DNA of 63,009 nt, filler included, from Nemertoderma westbladi (GCA_032718475.1; 4 parts of 4 records of this genome joined end to end with filler, not necessarily neighbours in it), one strand, 5' to 3'. Shown: positions 13,984 through 26,332, counted from the first letter of the whole stretch. The notes: generated from the letters alone by a model not told the origin. Program-made: numbers and translations.

Positions 13984-14264
13984 TTACAAATCGTAATGAG
14001 ATTGCATGGAATTTGAAACAGTGATAGTTTCACCTCCCGACCACTGACTGGGTGAGCCAGAATTTTTTTTCGCTTTCATTCTTTAGCTACAAGCGTTTGA
14101 AATAAGCGATCTCCATCGAAATTGCACCAGTTACACCGCACTTCTTATTCTTCACCCTTATAGTGATTTGTTGGCACTATTAGAAAGCTGGTTGTGCAAG
14201 GATTCCAAATATATAACATAATCTAAATTTCGTGTTAATAGCTGATATATCAGTGTTTAAAACT

Positions 14265-14346
14265 TACCTGAATAAAGACCACGACATGATGAACAGTTAT
14301 AGTTAGTTATCAGTGTTACCAGTATCATCAGTAAATTGTAGTTATA
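14265..14346 (+). repeat. Direct repeat of 16828-16922; includes a partial right IR arm
   Basis: TACCTGAATAAAGAC...AGTTATCAGTGTTACCAGTATCATCAGTAAA.TGTAGTTATA occurs at both sites. Confidence 0.8.
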
Positions 14347-14530
14347 CATTGACAGATATAATTTTTACAACATATTCACAATGTTAAAAAATATCAATTT
14401 ACATTATTATAAAGATATTCGGGACAGGAAAATAAATTGATCCAAAAATTAATATACAATTATAAAATCATTAAATATCATAATTATGTACCACTCTTAC
14501 AGTTTCCTTAAGAGTAGTATATTATCCTTG

Positions 14531-14697
14531 TATTCTCTTTAATAATGGTACAGTATCCTCTTTAAGAATGGTACAGTATCCTCTTTAAGAATGGTACTGT
14601 ATCCTTTTAAAGAATGGCACTGTATCCTTCTTAATAATGGTATGTATCCTCTTCAAGAATGGTACAGTATCCTCTTTAAGAATGGCACAGTATCCTG
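14531..14697. repeat. 22-bp minisatellite (~7 copies) just 3' of LEKR1
   Basis: Unit TATCCTCTTTAAGAATGGTACAG-like. Confidence 0.85.
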
Positions 14698-14712
14698 TAG
14701 TTATGGAAACAT

Positions 14713-16681
14713 CTATCTTCTGCTGAGTAGCATTGCTGCTAGTCGCTTCCGTTGTAATGTAGATGTGTCAGCAGGGTGACTGACAGACTCACTCCGTGAT
14801 AAACTCTCCATACTTGTGTCTTTATTAACTATACTCCGGGCCTCGTTCCTACAGTCGACATCACCACACGAGCCATTAATACTGCCAACGGATGTCCTTC
14901 GGCCAATAACCCGCTGCAAAGGAATTCTTGGAAGGAACTGGCTGGGGTTGGATAGGGATGATGGTCGCTCAGTTTGTTGTTGTATCATGTGCGTAGAACT
15001 CCAGTCCATGGCCATGCAGTATCTGCTTGCGGGCTTCTTCTAGATGCTCAGCGAGCTCTAACCGTTCCTCGCACTCCTTGCGAACAGTTTCCTGCAGACA
15101 TTGAATCTCTGAATCGACATTTTCTAACTTGTCCTGATATTTCTTTACCGAATTTTCACTTGCAGCCAGACTATGTTGGAGTTTTTCGCATTCTGTTTTA
15201 TAGATATCCACTTGTTTATTTCTTTCCATATGTAAGCTGTGCAGTTGCGTTTCTAGAGCAGAAATCATTCGCATTAAACTCTCTGATTGAGATGCCTTTG
15301 AGGCATTTGCAGATGCCAATTGTCTGCGCAAGTTTTCAACCTGGCCGCACAATCGATCAACCTGCGATTTGTGTTTCACTAAAACCTCATCCATTCGAGT
15401 GTCCGTTTGTCGATACAGGCTACTGCGCTCCAACTGCAATTTAGCCAACATCTCCTCATATTTTGTCTGTTCAATTTCAACGGCTTCGTCGAATTTTTTC
15501 TTCCAAACTATTTCAAGTGATTCCTTTTCTTGATGCCAGTTTCTGCGCTCTGTTTCAACAACCTGCTGAATTTTTTGAGGCAAAGTGTCCATATTCTCTA
15601 TTTGGTTTTTATAGTGATTTCGAATCTGTTCCAATTGACTTTGATGGTTAACAACCATCGCCTCCCTTTCCGAAATCAGTGATTGAACCTCTTCTCTGCT
15701 TTTAATCAGCGCAATCCTAAAGTCATTATTAAATCGATCTAGGTGTTCATCTTTCAATTCCATTTGTTCTTTCAGTTTGTTAATAATGTCTTTACTGTCA
15801 TTATTTTGTGCCTTCGCTTTCTGTAAATGTAGGTCTCTCTGTCTCATCACTTCTCGGCATTTATTTAGTTCCATCTGAAAGGAGTGACAACGTTTGGTTA
15901 CAGTTTCACAATGACTAGAAATATTATCATAATCTTTACGCAGGCTTATTAATTCTAATGCTTTTGATTCGTATTCCTTCTCTTTTCTTCCACAATTTTT
16001 AAATTTATTACTTAATTCAAAAAGTTCGCTTTGCACCGATCTGTACATCTTCTGTGTTGCATCAAATTTTTCTTCCACATTTTTAACATCTTTTAGGGAT
16101 TTATCCATATGTGTTGACACAGCCTGAAATATCTTTATACTATAATCTGTCAACAAACCAGAATAACTTGTTGCTATGGATCTCAGACTGCTGAGTTCTA
16201 GTTTACAATTACTAATTAGTATCATCATATTATTTTGTAATTCATCATTTAAACTTAGCTGTTGCTTTAAATGCGTCGCATTTTTACTCTCTAAGTTAAT
16301 CAATATATTTTTAAGATTAGAAACATCAATTTCCAAAGTATTAATTCGCTGGGATTTTATGTTAACGATCTCATTTAGGCTATTAATTGAACTTGTATCG
16401 GCAACAGCTTCCATACGTAGTTTATCAACAATCTCCTGTAACGAGGATGATTCCTTCTTCAATGATTCCTCTAGTTCTTGGCAACCCAGGTGAGTTCTTA
16501 CATTCTCCTCGAGATATTGAACCTTATCTTCTAAAAGTTTAATCTCATTATGAATAAGGTAACTGATTCCACAAAAGTGACAAACCGTTTCATCTCGAGA
16601 CAGTTCGCGAATTTCTTTCGGAAGGGGATGTTCAGGACGATACTTTGTTGGGGAAAACACAGAAGTTTTATCGGCTTCCAT
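14713..16681 (-). CDS. LEKR1: LEKR1 homologue (coiled-coil protein); intronless, with a frameshift near 14970-15015 (pseudogene or assembly indel)
   Basis: N-terminal HPLPKEIRELSRDETVCHFCGISYLIHNEIKLLEDKV and late LQETVRKECEERLELAEHLEEARKQIL match remembered LEKR1 motifs. Likely ATG at 16681. The main frame stops at 14969. The overlapping frame 14713-15015 ends RKRLAAMLLSRR, which resembles the LEKR1 C-terminus. Confidence 0.85.
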
Positions 16682-16799
16682 TGCGATTACCTGATTACCG
16701 GTAGGCCTACATCTGTACATGGATTTTCTGATGTGGATTTGGCAGATAGGCCTACTGCAGTACTGTAACTGCACTGCCTAGTGCCTACAGCAGTACAGC

Positions 16800-16863
16800 A
16801 AATTTGGGGGGGGGGGGGGGGGGCAGGTACCTGAATAAAGACACTATACTCCAGGGCATGGTG
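16800..16863 (-). repeat. Right arm of ~65-bp inverted repeat flanking LEKR1
   Basis: AAAATTT(G)17CAGGTACCTGAATAAAGACACTATACTCCAGGGCATGGTG. Confidence 0.9.
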
Positions 16864-17210
16864 AACACTAGAACAGTTGTAGTTATCAGTGTTACCAGTA
16901 TCATCAGTAAACTGTAGTTATAGAACTACATCCTATACACAGGCTGACAGGTACGTACACGTTCATGGGGCCATCGCGCAGGACTGCTGGACGAGTGTCA
17001 GTTATTAGATCAGTCGTCCCTTTCATTTTCAAACAACCTAAATGACAAAATTGACTTTTCCTGTAAAACGGTTTTTTGATTCTAATTTTGTTTGCAAGAA
17101 ATATTCCAGGATTTTAGTCTTATTTAGTACTTTTAAATGCATTAAATGTAACGATTTTAACAAAAATAGTTATGGTATTGGAATTATGTCAGATATTTGG
17201 AAGGAAACTA

Positions 17211-17855
17211 TGTAAGCGGATTCAATTCCACTTCATCACCCACCAGAAAATGGGACTAGTGGCATTTTAGCAATATGTTGGGGATACGAGAATACCAATA
17301 TCAATCTCGTATCACAACCAACATTGGGGGGGGGGGCGACACAAGCCCCAAAGCCACAGAGAGGGGTTAGAGGTCAAACCACCTCAGAGGGAATACAGCT
17401 AGTAGAGGCTAGCAGCGGAGGGGAAACACTCCAGGAGTGCCGTGACAAGTAGTATATTAGCCAATAGAGGGGAGGGAAGCACGTGATAGGGAACAGGAAA
17501 GCATCCATTGGGTAGAAGGCCAAAGTAGAGTAAGAGGTGAAGCAATATTCAGTGTACTAATCATATATTATCTTACATTACTGGTTTATCGGTCAGTTGT
17601 GTTATTCAGTTGAGTAAGTGCAGACCGATCATAGTTAATGACCGCCACCGCCACCGCCATACCGGTAACAATTTATCTGGATTTTCTGCCTTTATTACTG
17701 GCGTGCTATTATCGTCCATATTAATTAACATCGAGAGACAACATAAACTTTCACTGTTTTTCCCAAACGGCCTCGGCTAAAGCCAGTAGCACGATCCCCA
17801 GCAGAACGGTGACGCGTACTTTAACAACCCGGTCGGGATCTCTGATCCCGTCACA
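17211..17855 (+). mobile_element. LTR (645 bp), probably solo, related to the LTR at 3639-4227
   Basis: Starts TGTAAGCGGAT and ends GATCCCGTCACA, as does the 3639-4227 LTR. The interior is diverged and there is no clean TSD. Confidence 0.7.
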
Positions 17856-18043
17856 TAAATATAAATATCTTGATACATGGTAACAATGGTTTATGTTATA
17901 AAAATGTAGTGTTATACGGAACTGTGACCCAAAGTAGTACCCAACTCAAAATTTGGTATATATAAATATTATTATATCGTACTTTTGAAATATGGAACAC
18001 AGGAACATGCAGTAAAATCCACACTCATCTACTTTGCTAAGCT
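17856..18043 (+). repeat. ~185-bp near-identical direct duplication with 19187-19366
   Basis: TAAATATAAATATCTTGA...CATCTACTTTGCTAAGCT occurs at both loci with few differences. Confidence 0.9.
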
Positions 18044-20245
18044 TATGTTTCGTTTATGGTAATACTGTCATACTGTATGTTATTTACCACGACCTCCATA
18101 AGTGCTATATGCCTGGACGGTCTTCTCCCTCTTTATATGATATGGATTTTACTTCTGCTGTTTGCTGTTTCTTTTTATACTTTGATCGGTATTTTATTAA
18201 TAAAGAGAGTTAGAATTGAATTTAAATATAATTAAGAAATATGGACATTAAGAGTAAATGTAGGCCTATAGGCTAAGTAAAAGCAAATAAACGTATAGGA
18301 ATAGGTATTAAAACGAAACTTTCAGGGCATCACACATGCATACTCAAAAATACAAACCTGCGTTTGTTTAATAATTATAATAATAATAAATAAAAAGGAA
18401 AATATGACGACCCAGTACTGCAGTACAGTACCGGTAATGTCGACCCAGTACTGCAGTACAGTACCGGTAATAAGACGCACGGAACCAGAAAATGTGATAA
18501 TATATTGTACCGGTATGTATCTCATTTATTGAAGCCCATTTCTGCATTTAGTTCAGCCAACAGTAAGCAGCGGATATGTGAATCAAAAGTTTAAAATTAT
18601 AGATGTCAGGATCTCAACGATATATTTAATTGATGAATGAATATATACAGTATATGTTAAATATACTTCGGTACGCCCTTGCCTATAAACATTAAACGCT
18701 ACCGATTTCAATGCTAGCTAGCGATTTTGCAAGTTAGCTATTATTTTTTGAAAAAGCAACTTCAAGAACTAGCTACTACAAAAAAAAATAACGTTTATGG
18801 GTACACATACTATCTACATATTTTTTTACTAGCTATTTTTAAGCAGTTTTTTTGCATATGACAATGTTCTAGAACATATCCCAAAAAGCGGCCAAAAAAA
18901 TATATTAATTTTTTTATGGTATCTAGTATTTTTTGTCTAGCTAGTGTTTTAAAAAAAATTTACTAGCTATTTTTAAGCGCAGTTTTATTTTTTTCAAAAA
19001 ATAAAAGATGCAGTATGACATTCTAGAATATTTTGTTACTTGCAAAGTAAAAAACTGTCACTAAACAATAACTGGAATTGAAAAGAGTAAATTAAAAGAT
19101 GGAAGAAATCCATTCATGGAGATAATAAAGAAATAACAGCAACCTACCCTGTTGATTAAATCATACTGTTTAAATATTTATATAGTTAAATATAAATATC
19201 TTGAAACATGGTAACAATGGTTTATGTTATAAAAATGTAGTGTTATACGGAACTGTGACCCAAAGTAGTACCCAACTCAAAATTTGGTATATATAAATAT
19301 TATTATATCGTACTTTGTGAACACAGGAACATGCAGTAAAATCCACTCTCATCTACTTTGCTAAGCTACTTCTGTACTTTTTCTGTACTATCCCTTACGG
19401 TATCGATTTATGAAACGGGTACAATAAAAAGAGATGCCACAGTACAGTTAAAAGGAGCTAAACTGGAAATAACAAATATAGTTACCGTAGAAACATTACC
19501 TAAATGTTATAATCGCTGAAATTTGTTGTCTTTAATAATTATGTTAACACTCTAACAATGTCAGGTTAGGAAATAAATATCAGCCCAATTTCGATTCTTA
19601 ACCTTGTCTAAAGTTACAGAAAGGCCACGCTAATAAAATTAACATAATTTATCTAACTTTCCTGCATATTCTTGTAACTAATGGTATAATTAAAGGCGAT
19701 TGAAATCGCAACACTAAACTTTAATTCCGTCTCCATAGCAACAGGATCTAAAAATCAGACGAAAAAGATTGTCAATTTTTCGTAAATGAACTAAATTGAC
19801 TTTGTAGAAGATTTTAATCCACTATGACATGCTGTATTGCAGTTGCTATGCCTTAAAGTAGGGTTATGTGGTCCTTAGCAACTAGGTCGTTATTTCAAAA
19901 TGCCCAAAGTAAAAAATGTTATAATCGCCATTTCCTCATTAAGTGGGACCTATAGAATTCAAAACATCAAAACAATTAAATCCGTCCAAAAAGTTTCGGT
20001 ATACCTTTCCTTTGTGGCTGCCGCACTAGTTTGGTTATCTTACAAGTTAGAACAATGGAGAAAACTCAAGATGTGTTCTAGAAGTTTATTGATTCTAAGT
20101 TATTGATTACTTTACAGCGTTAGGAGGATACCATCAGAGCGCCGATAAGTTGATATATAATGTAACTAAATATGTTTTAGTAAAGAGATACAAACCGGTA
20201 ATAGTTTGTTAGTTAAACCTAAAAGTATAAGTGGAGCTGATTGAG

Positions 20246-21681
20246 TTAGAGTTTAATATAAACCAAACAGTTACGGACAGTTTCGTAAACAAATAATCCT
20301 TTATTGGCTACAGCCAACCCACCGAACCCGTCTACCGGCACCGCACCCAATAGGGATACTTTACTTCCATCATCAACCCAATCATAAACACCGAGATAAT
20401 GTTTATCATCTTCTTCTAAAGGAACTAAGAGATAATAATATCGGCCTTGGTACAGCGGCTTCACTCCCCCGATAGGGACGGATTTACCGCAATGTAGAAC
20501 TGATCGCGTTCTATGCAATACGAGGGTAACGTTGGGGTTGGAGCCGCGAACGTTATAGTGGCAGACGGATATCTTCAGTTTGTTGGGTTGGAATAGAAAG
20601 GCGGGTAATGGGTTGTCGCCGAACCAACCGGTACCAAGGAGTCGCCCGGGTTCATCGACACGGGAAATCCAACTAATCGAACAATCGTTTGTGTTCAATG
20701 TAATTATGTAATTATATTCAGTAATTACATGAACATAACGATCCCAATACCGCGACAACCCAGTTATAGACCCTAGAGGTCTACCGAGGTGTCTCTCGTT
20801 ACCCAGACAACGATGTCGGACTTTCTCTCCAACCGCCTCTGTATCTATAAGAAACAGACAAACATCCGTCGCGGCGATCCAGATTGTATCGCTGAGACTC
20901 TCCAAGAATAGAATCGGTTTCTTTGCGGCGTTGCAGTCGCTTTTTACCCCTACTGGTTCTCCACGTGGAGATAAAGAATCGTCGGCGTTGACGTTATAGA
21001 AACAGATCCTGTCGGTTACGGAGTCGGTTATCCCCAGGATCCTCCCGCCACAACCAATCGGGCCGACTTTACCGATTCCCATTCTCCGACAATCGATCCG
21101 ACAAGTTTCCTTTAGAGTCGGACGTTTTAGTAAAACTTTCTCGTATTGGAGGAGATCAAATCGCCTCTCCATTTCAACCCCCACTGGATCCCCCACCTTC
21201 ACCAGCTCCCCCACATTATCCAGCTCCATTGGATCCCCAACCACTCCTAGCTCCACTGGATTCCACACCTTCTCCGTCCCCACTGGATCTGGATCCCCCA
21301 CCTTCTCCGGCCCAAATGGATCCTCCACCTTCTCCAGCTCCCCTGGATCCCCCACCTCCACCAGACCCACTGCATCCCCCACATTATCCACCCCCACTGG
21401 ATCCTCCACCTTCTCCAGCTCCCCTGAATCTCCCACCTTCCTAAGCCCCACTGGATCCCCCACCTTCACCAGACCCACTGGATCCCCCACCTTCCCCATC
21501 CCCACTGGATCATCTACCTTCTCTACCTCCACTGGATCCCCCACCTTCACCAGAACCACTGGATCCCCCACCTTCCCCAGCCCCCCTGGATCCCTCACCT
21601 TCTCCATCTCCTCTGGATCCCTCCCCTTCTCTCCTAAATCCCCTTTATTTACGACACAAACACGACCGATAAACCCTCCCA
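20246..21681 (-). CDS. Uncharacterised protein, 5'-partial: 9-aa tandem repeats followed by a ~300-aa beta-rich domain
   Basis: The frame is open from the contig edge (21681) to TAA at 20246, at least 478 codons. It is more GC-rich than its flanks. Repeat unit is GDPVGLxKV-like. Confidence 0.6.
21180..21630. repeat. 27-bp coding minisatellite (~16 copies)
   Basis: Units of the type CCCACTGGATCCCCCACCTTCTCCAGC. Confidence 0.9.
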
Positions 21682-21781
21682 NNNNNNNNNNNNNNNNNNN
21701 NNNNNNNNNNNNNNNNNNNNNNNNNTTAATTAATTAANNNNNNNNNNNNNNNNNNNNNNNNNNNNNNNNNNNNNNNNNNNN
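21682..21781. other. Artificial contig linker
   Basis: N44-TTAATTAATTAA-N44, giving stops in all six frames. Confidence 0.97.
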
Positions 21782-23550
21782 CAATATTTCACTTTTTCAA
21801 AATTGGCAAATACCCAGCACAGTATGTCACAAAATTATGTACATCCCAATAAACCATTTGTAAGATATAATAATGAACTATAAGACAATTAAAAACAACA
21901 TATACAAACACAAATTCCATTTGTACGGTAATCTATCTCGACAGGTTACAAAGACGGGTTGCTGGAACGGAACCAAAACAATAAACGAACGTTATCACGA
22001 ATTATTACAAGATTAATGCAAGTTAGTAAAGTTGGGTTGCCATGGATCTACTTTTCCTAACCGGAAAAAGTACGATAAGATAAGATAAGATAAGTACTAA
22101 TTATGTGCTACTAATGATGCTGCACATAATAATAGTATCCTACTACAATTCAAGTAGACCATGAGTAATAGAATTCCTTTAGTTTATTAATATTTAATCC
22201 AGAGCGCCATAGCTCTATATGGAGCTCCATAGTAAAATAAATGAGTACAATATAATTAATAATAACAATAAAGAGCGCAATAAAAAGCACAATAAAGTAG
22301 TTACAGTATGTAATGTATAGGTATAAGAATATAACACCATGATGCTCGAAATTCACTAACTATGAATACGTGAAGCTCCGTAAGTTCGGGTGGACCGATA
22401 TAGACCTACAGTTCGAACAATTAAATTATTGCTATTCGAAATCCTGTCTGGTAAACTAATTTTCGATTTATACCGTATATGTACTAACATGGGGATATTT
22501 AATTTACCAAACTATAAAGACATGCTAGAGGGTATGGTTCATCACCAATCATTTTGGGAATCTTGGTGAGGATGCGCAGACAATTATTAGTTTAGTGTAG
22601 TAGTGTAGGCTATCAGCTTTCAGAACGGCTAGGAACCACTCAAGGTCTACTAGAAGACAGGCCGTGCAGCCGACTGCTAGGCCGTAAAACTTATGGGCCG
22701 ACTTTTATATACAGTGCACTTGCTACACAGTGTAAAGGAATAATATAGATTACTTATAATGGCATTCATTCACACTCACTACATTATTTTTATTTGGGAT
22801 AATCGATGATGGACAATCTGTTTCTGGCGGTAATTTTTTGATCCAAAAATGATACCTACTCTATGAGGCCAACTATACATAGGGCGGGCAATACATAGGA
22901 CATACAGTACTGTAGTTCAGTAGGTTGGTGATTGTATGGTGTTTGTAGATTGATTGGTTCTGTTAATTACCTCGTTTTAAGGGGGAAATACATTGTGATG
23001 GCTTATAATTAACCGTATATAATTTAAGCAGTTAAGGGGGGTTTACTAATTCCAAAAAAAAATAGATTTTTCATTTTCAATCCCACCTGCACCTGGCACA
23101 GCCTGGTGGCTGGTGAGGATTTTTAATATTTCAGATTTTTCAGACTTTTAACGAATACTATTATGTTTTATGTCTGTCTGTCAAACGATCTGCCTGTCAA
23201 AATATAAGAACACAATACTGATTTCGCAGATTAAATATCCGACGTCAGTATAAGTCGATTTAGGCTTATAGTAGGCCTTGGTGGAACCACTACCTGTAAC
23301 CTGTACCGGTACTAATTACAAAATTACCAATTTGTACTTGTACCGTTACCGGTAGCGGTACTGTTAATTTAGAAAATACATTTTTCTGTTTTTAGCCTGG
23401 CAGGTTCTTGGGTTCTGGCTCTTCCCCTAACCGCCTATCGTGCAACAGTCAGACAACAACGACACCCACCAGTCTACTGCTGAAGATCAGAACAAACACG
23501 CATGTGTGGTAAACTGCACATTATTAGTCAGGGCAGGGCGTCCCCGAATA

Positions 23551-23913
23551 ATGGCCGACAACAGTAGCGCGGACAGCCTGCCTCGATATCCTGGTATCGA
23601 TATCAGCCAGGGTTACCTGGACTATCTGCACCGATATCTACTGGGTAAGCCGTCCTGGCAACCACACCTCCACGGTAGGGACTGCAACCTAACGGTAGCC
23701 AAGCTGGCCGAGTGCTACTACCTCCATCCGTTTGTCGGGAAGCTGGGGGGCGTGTGCGATTACGATTTCGAGGCGGTGGTCCGTTGTTTGTGGTGGGAAG
23801 GAAAACTCCGTCGCCAAATGAAACACGATGAATCCGCGAAAAGGACTAGGTGGAGTCGCGAAAGGGATGGGTTGAAGGAGGAGGCAAGTGGGGGCGGTAG
23901 TACGGGTACGTAA
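23551..23913 (+). CDS. Possible small orphan protein (120 aa) or coding exon
   Basis: GC-rich island in AT-rich DNA. ATAATGG start context. Polypyrimidine/AG acceptor TTTTTCTGTTTTTAG ends at 23395. No family recognised. Confidence 0.35.
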   Translation: MADNSSADSLPRYPGIDISQGYLDYLHRYLLGKPSWQPHLHGRDCNLTVAKLAECYYLHPFVGKLGGVCDYDFEAVVRCLWWEGKLRRQMKHDESAKRTRWSRERDGLKEEASGGGSTGT

Positions 23914-25288
23914 GGGGGAGTTAACGGCTAGCCGGCTCTGCAAGCAGTAAGAAAAATTGTCTAACTCATCATACCAAATACAACGACATAAATATGCGCC
24001 TGTAATATGTCTATCCTGTTCTATTCGTTATCGTTTATAGTTTTGGATAGAATAGCCTTCCACTGTAACCTGTTCCTTCCCCTCAATTAATTATTACGCA
24101 TTAATTAGCGTTCACACTGTGCACCGGTGGCGTAGGCTAGTGTTTACGTTCATACAATGACTGTCAATTTTTGTTATTCTAGTGGATTCTATTTCTAATT
24201 AATTTAATTTAATGTTTAATCCAGGCCCACTATGGCCCATAAAATACAGTAAAATCAGTAGTAAGTAAGTAGGTTAAACATTCAGTTCAGAGCACAAAAA
24301 AAAATGACGGTAATTAATTAGCTAATAATAATAATTATGAACAGACAATACTAAATAACGTAAATTAAGGGAATACCTGCCCGAGCCGGGAATAGTACAC
24401 ACACACAATGTCGAAAAACTGAATAAACAATACACAACAATATTAAAAATACAATATTACGTAATACAATAATTATATTCTGTATAAAATAATTCTGAAT
24501 AATATTACAAAGTACAATATATAATCTATTAAACTGCACCGGCACCAATTATACGGCTGGAGCGAAAAGTAGTAAGTGCTACTGTTTGGACTATCTCATT
24601 CTCTGATGAACTCACACGGCGCAACAAGGACTGTCGAGCATTGTAAAGGGTATGAACTAGTTTTGGCAGGTTAAGTACCCCACACATGTAAGATACACTA
24701 CAATCATATTTGAAACCAAAAAGCTTCCTAATTATATTATTATATGCAACATTGAATCTGTCATAAATAGAAATGCTGTAATTACGCCTAGCCCAAAGAG
24801 ATATGCAGTCAACTTGAGAGCAGAAAGAGCGAAAAAGAAGATTCTATTACCTACTGATGTTATTTATGAGTCATTCGTTATTTACTTACTGTACTCCGTC
24901 AACTGTGGATACATTTCAGTTTCATTGTCATGGTAATTTCACTTGTCTAACAGGAGTTGTATAACAAATCACTACAATAATATGAAGGGCATATAATATA
25001 TATGATATGAAATATATGGTATATAATATATGATATAATATATGAAGGGCAATAATAATACTACAGTTTTATTTCATTAATATAAATAGTTTGGCTTATA
25101 ACTGCATTAAATTCAGAATTAATTGAATTAATTTAATCACTAAAATGTGGAACTGTAGTTCAGATTCCAACAACTGCATTCTTTTTATTTTGGGATATTT
25201 ATTATCCCACTTCCTAATTAATAAACAACAATAATAATAACAACTTAACCGTTATAACTAAATCTTTGTGTTTGTTACTCTGGTTGCC

Positions 25289-26332
25289 ATGCCCACTGTG
25301 ATTGGTTTCGAGGGCAGCGCCAATAAGATAGGAGTCGGTATAGTCAGGGACGGGGAAGTCCTTGCAAACCCTAGACGCACCTACGTAGCGCCCCCTGGCG
25401 CCGGCTTCCGTCCCCGGGAGACCGCGGTACACCACCGGGGGGCGGTGCTGGCCGTGCTCTCCGAGTGTCTCCGGGAGGCGGGACTCGTCCCGTCCCAGTT
25501 GGACGCAGTGTGCTACACGGCGGGTCCCGGGATGGGCGCTCCGCTGGTCGCCGTCGCCGTGGTCGCACGGACGGTGGCCCAGCTGTGGGACCTCCCGATA
25601 CTCGGGGTCAACCACTGCATCGGTCACATCGAGATGGGCCGTCTGGTAACCGGTTGTCTGAACCCCGTGGTTCTGTACGTGAGCGGCGGTAACACCCAGG
25701 TGATCGCGTTCGCAGCTGGTCGATACCAGATCGTTGGGGAAACTATCGACATCGCCGTCGGTAACTGCCTCGATCGCTTCGCTCGTCTTCTAAAACTCTC
25801 GAACGATCCGAGTCCCGGGTTCAACATAGAGAAACTCGCGGAATCCGCCAACAATTCCGACAACTTTCTCGAACTTCCGTACGTCGTTAAGGGGATGGAT
25901 GTGAGTTTCTCAGGGATTCTTTCGTTCTGCGAGGAACGGGTTCCTCGACTGCTAGAACGCGAGGAATTCTCCCGCTCCGAGGTTTGTTTCTCGTTGCAGG
26001 AGACGTTGTTCGCTATGCTCGTGGAGGTTACGGAGCGGGCGTTGGCTCATTGCGGGAGCGAGGAGGTGCTAATTGTCGGAGGAGTCGGTTGCAATCTCCG
26101 GTTGCAGTCCATGATGGACTCGATGGCGAAGGAACGAGGTGCGAAACTTTACGCGACCGATCAACGCTTCTGTATCGATAACGGAGCGATGATCGCCCAG
26201 GCTGGGTGGGAGATGTTTACCAGCGGCTGTAAACATCGCTTACGGGATTCTAAATGTACGCAACGGTTTAGAACAGATGATGTGGAGGTAGTGTGGCGGA
26301 GTGGCGAAGTCACTGCCGCTGGTGGGGTTTAA
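25289..26332 (+). CDS. OSGEP: tRNA N6-adenosine threonylcarbamoyltransferase OSGEP/Kae1 (KEOPS complex), intronless, 347 aa
   Basis: Motifs [17 protein letters not shown], metal-binding [48 protein letters not shown] and [18 protein letters not shown] Kozak context at 25289. Confidence 0.97.
   Translation: MPTVIGFEGSANKIGVGIVRDGEVLANPRRTYVAPPGAGFRPRETAVHHRGAVLAVLSECLREAGLVPSQLDAVCYTAGPGMGAPLVAVAVVARTVAQLWDLPILGVNHCIGHIEMGRLVTGCLNPVVLYVSGGNTQVIAFAAGRYQIVGETIDIAVGNCLDRFARLLKLSNDPSPGFNIEKLAESANNSDNFLELPYVVKGMDVSFSGILSFCEERVPRLLEREEFSRSEVCFSLQETLFAMLVEVTERALAHCGSEEVLIVGGVGCNLRLQSMMDSMAKERGAKLYATDQRFCIDNGAMIAQAGWEMFTSGCKHRLRDSKCTQRFRTDDVEVVWRSGEVTAAGGV

Noticed and set aside
14974-16768. Plus-strand ORFs opposite LEKR1
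   Set aside because: Antisense shadows of the real gene.
24601-24640. CTGATGA core as a possible hammerhead ribozyme (also ~8278)
   Set aside because: No stem II followed by GAAA could be built.
25214-26181. ORFs overlapping OSGEP in other frames or on the other strand
   Set aside because: By-products of a GC-rich coding sequence.
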